From positions 420,990 to 484,989 of the forward strand of contig DF236953.1 of the NCBI GenBank assembly GCA_000708835.1: a DNA stretch of 64,000 nucleotides, given 5' to 3'. The DNA is from Klebsormidium nitens. Lineage: Eukaryota; Plantae; Klebsormidiophyceae. Both the position numbers and the translations under genes were made by a program. The notes below the pieces were generated by a model. That model was given only the letters and a program-made list of their open reading frames with translations. It was not told the origin of the DNA and made no database searches. Below are positions 49,306 to 64,000 of this stretch, piece after piece; the first letter of the stretch is position 1; each line of letters starts with the position of its first letter.

Positions 49306-50391
49306 CTAATCCAGTTCACTCATGCCTCCTGCTGCCGGCTCTGCACCCACTCGCTCACCCGTCTGCTCCCCCGAGCGGGCCCGCCTCTCCTGCTTCTTGC
49401 GCCGGCGCTTCTCTCGCTTGGATGCTGCCCGCTGCTCCTCCGCTTCCCCTCTCACTGGCCCTGCTTCCTCCTGGCTGCCCCGCTCCGCACACCGCTGGGG
49501 CACTATCTCCACCTCCGCCACCCGCTTTGTCAGCTCCCGCCACCAAGCTGCCTTCGCCTCCTGCTCCTCCCTTTCCTTCTCTCGCCTCGCGTGCTCCACC
49601 CGCGCCGCCACCAGCGCCTCCGCCTCTCTCCAAACTGCCACCCTTGCCTGCAGCGGCTGGAAGCGCTCACAAATGGCGCAGCTAACAGGGCACCCCAACT
49701 TGACCGCGGGGAGATGTTGTGATGGGTCCGGAACCTGACCGATGCAGGCGGCTCCAGGCGCGTTACTCGCCACAAACGCCGCGTACACCTTCCCGCGCGG
49801 ATACTCCTTGTGCTGCTGCTCGAACGCGCGCCAATCCTGGATGAACTCCTGCGCCAAGCGAATTGACCTGGCTACCGCCGGATCAGCGTCCGCCTTGCGC
49901 TGCAACTCCCGCCTGAGCCGCTCCACCTCCTGCGCTTCACGCCTGCTGCCCTGCGGCGTGCTGGACTCTTGCGCAAACGCCGCGTCCTCCTGCCTGAGCT
50001 TGAGTCCCTCCCAGGCGGCTTTCCCGAGCTCCTCGGCCGCCTGCTGCTGGCGCGCCCACTCGGTGGTCCTGGTTACTTCTGCCCCCGCCGCCTCCGCCGC
50101 CTTCTTATCACAGATGACACAGCGCGTCCCACACGCACTGCGCTGCACCGGCCAGTGGTCTTCCTCCCTTGCCTCAATTCCCAGCAGAGCCGCCCCTGAC
50201 TGATTGTTAGCTACGTAGGCAGCCCAACCGCTACTTTCTTCTGAATGTACCCCCACGATCTGCTCTGTCACAAGCAGCTGCCACCCCTGGATGAACTCAT
50301 GCGCTTTCCAAAACTCACGCTCGCGCTCCTTTCCTCCTAACTCACACAGACGCCTCAAGAGCTCCTGGATGTCAGGCGCTCCTGGCGCCAT
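49306..50391 (-). CDS. Accessory ORF0 of the retrotransposon, 361 aa, unknown function, internally duplicated putative Zn-binding domain
   Basis: ATG start, two EFIQxW...AAxVAxNxxGAA...H-x7-C-x3-C-x2-C units, charged helical segments and a basic C-terminal patch. Confidence 0.7.
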   Translation of the reverse strand: MAPGAPDIQELLRRLCELGGKEREREFWKAHEFIQGWQLLVTEQIVGVHSEESSGWAAYVANNQSGAALLGIEAREEDHWPVQRSACGTRCVICDKKAAEAAGAEVTRTTEWARQQQAAEELGKAAWEGLKLRQEDAAFAQESSTPQGSRREAQEVERLRRELQRKADADPAVARSIRLAQEFIQDWRAFEQQHKEYPRGKVYAAFVASNAPGAACIGQVPDPSQHLPAVKLGCPVSCAICERFQPLQARVAVWREAEALVAARVEHARREKEREEQEAKAAWWRELTKRVAEVEIVPQRCAERGSQEEAGPVRGEAEEQRAASKREKRRRKKQERRARSGEQTGERVGAEPAAGGMSELD

Positions 50392-50956
50392 GCTCCATGC
50401 GCAACAGCTGGTGAACCGCTAAACTGATGGTGAACAGTCGCCTGCAGCGCATGGGAGACATGGCTCAGCCAACGCATTCCAGCACGCCTCCCACCCGAAA
50501 CCACGCCAGGACCTGGCCCGCTGCTTGGCACGCTACCCTTCGCCCCGCACACACACTCAACTCTACGCCCCCCACCGCCCGCAGCTGTGGGCAGACCCCT
50601 GCACCACTCACCTCAGCCCTGAACCTTTGACCACGAGCAGGCACTATGAGCGGATTCTCCTTCTACCAGGTCCACAAAACCCTGTCAATAACTACACCAG
50701 GTCTGCTCAGACCTCACCCTCGCTGACCCTAAGCAACTGAAGCTCTCAGTGCTTCGCAGCAGCCCTCAGTCAGGGCGTCAGACAATACAGTCAGCCCATG
50801 CCCCCAAGCAAGCACGCAGCCTTCACTCGGCTAACTCAGCCGCACATTCAACCCAACTCACCACTGCACATAGGCAGCCTCGCCAGCTGTCCACCGCGGT
50901 CCACTCTGGTGCGCCCCCGCCTAGATCACTGGCGGGTCCACTCTTAACACGTTGTG

Positions 50957-50968
50957 ATTCTCTCTATG
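50957..50968 (-). other. Putative self-priming primer-binding site (sense CATAGAGAGAAT)
   Basis: Directly abuts the 5' repeat B, has no tRNA-type TGG start, and is complementary to 51124-51135 inside B. Confidence 0.7.
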
Positions 50969-51325
50969 TGAATGATTGCATCAATCATTAATCACCTAAA
51001 CCACATGCACCATACACATAAGCGCAGTCTGCTTATGCGGAGACTCTCTGCTGGCCGTCATGCAGCATGACGAGGAGACAATGGTTGCTGATCAAAGTCG
51101 CCTTCAATATGCCTTAGACCGAACATAGAGAGAATGAGCTACAATCAGCTCATTCTCTTACCTAAATGTTCTGTCCGGCCATCAACCTTCTGCTTAAGTG
51201 CTTTGTACGGTAATCATCATGCTCATCAATGCATTACCGGACTCACTCTAGCTCTAGTTACGGCTGACCCTAACGTAATGACCGGGTTGCGAGATAACCC
51301 GGTCGCGACACAATCTGGCGTGACA
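50969..51325 (-). repeat. Repeat B, 5' copy (357 bp; functional 5' LTR-like segment)
   Basis: TG...CA; matches 40958-41314 at 355 of 357 positions. Confidence 0.95.
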
Positions 51326-51767
51326 CGCGGCCGCACTGGGATGTCGATCATGCGGCATGCATGTACATGAGCGGCTATTTGCACACGTGCATGTCGACAT
51401 GCATGTTAGTGTGCAACCTTCAGTGACGCTGGTTCACTACCATATACAGCAACTTTGCATCAAGCATTGAGTTCTTCGAATCGCACCAACTTTTGACAAT
51501 TATAAATATGTCCCAATTGGTGCCGATTCAGCTGAAGTGCATGCATCGTTCAAACATCTGAAGAGCCGGACTTGCATCCTTGGGCCGTGCCAGCTGCTCG
51601 TCACATTCTTGTTAGAAACTAGGTCAAGTACACTCCTAAAAGAATCAACGGGCAGGCCTCAGCATTAAGAGATCAACCCTGCGCAACGTCCCACTCTCGA
51701 ATTCCGGCGGGGGCTTGCGCTTTCCTGCAGGCCTCGACAAATGCTAGTCGTCTACATGCATTAGAGC

Positions 51768-63943
<12,176 letters not shown>

Positions 63944-64000
63944 CTATTGAAAAGGCGATTCTCGGTTAAGCAGGGGTTAGCGCTTGCCTCCGATTGCAAA

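Larger units (their letters stand above)
40867..51325 (-). mobile_element. Ty3/gypsy retrotransposon with DNMT3-like methyltransferase, C-terminal PHD finger and split direct repeats
   Basis: TG...CA ends (TGTCG...TGACA), CGCG at 40863-40866 and 51326-51329, near-identical terminal repeats, and intact Gag-PR and RT-RH-IN in gypsy order. Confidence 0.95.

Overview
Eukaryotic, intron-rich DNA with GC-rich exons, most consistent with a charophyte green alga such as Klebsormidium nitens (inference). Host genes, left to right: the last exon of a probable EngB/YihA-type GTPase (+), SEC31 (-), RRP5 (+, head-to-head with SEC31), a non-canonical starch synthase SS5-like gene (-), an intronless BTB/POZ gene with one in-frame TAA (+), and a 5'-truncated CHD1/CHR5 chromatin remodeller (-). 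Between the BTB and CHD genes lies a young 10.46 kb Ty3/gypsy retrotransposon (40867-51325, minus strand). It encodes an accessory ORF0, Gag-protease and a Pol of DNMT3-like methyltransferase, RT, RNase H, DDE integrase and PHD finger, all in one reading frame broken by only two stop codons. The most unusual feature is its termini. Instead of two LTRs it has split direct repeats (sense: B-ORFs-A-GC-B-A) around a perfect palindrome GACA-GC-TGTC. The outer ends are exactly the two halves of that palindrome minus the central GC, flanked by a 4-bp CGCG target duplication. The PBS appears to be Tf1-like self-priming, and a PPT abuts repeat A. Together these suggest a DDE-integrase retroelement that integrates from a 2-LTR circle opened at an internal att site. 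This is inferred from one copy and is untested. Several host introns also hold decayed copies of the neighbouring exon edge.
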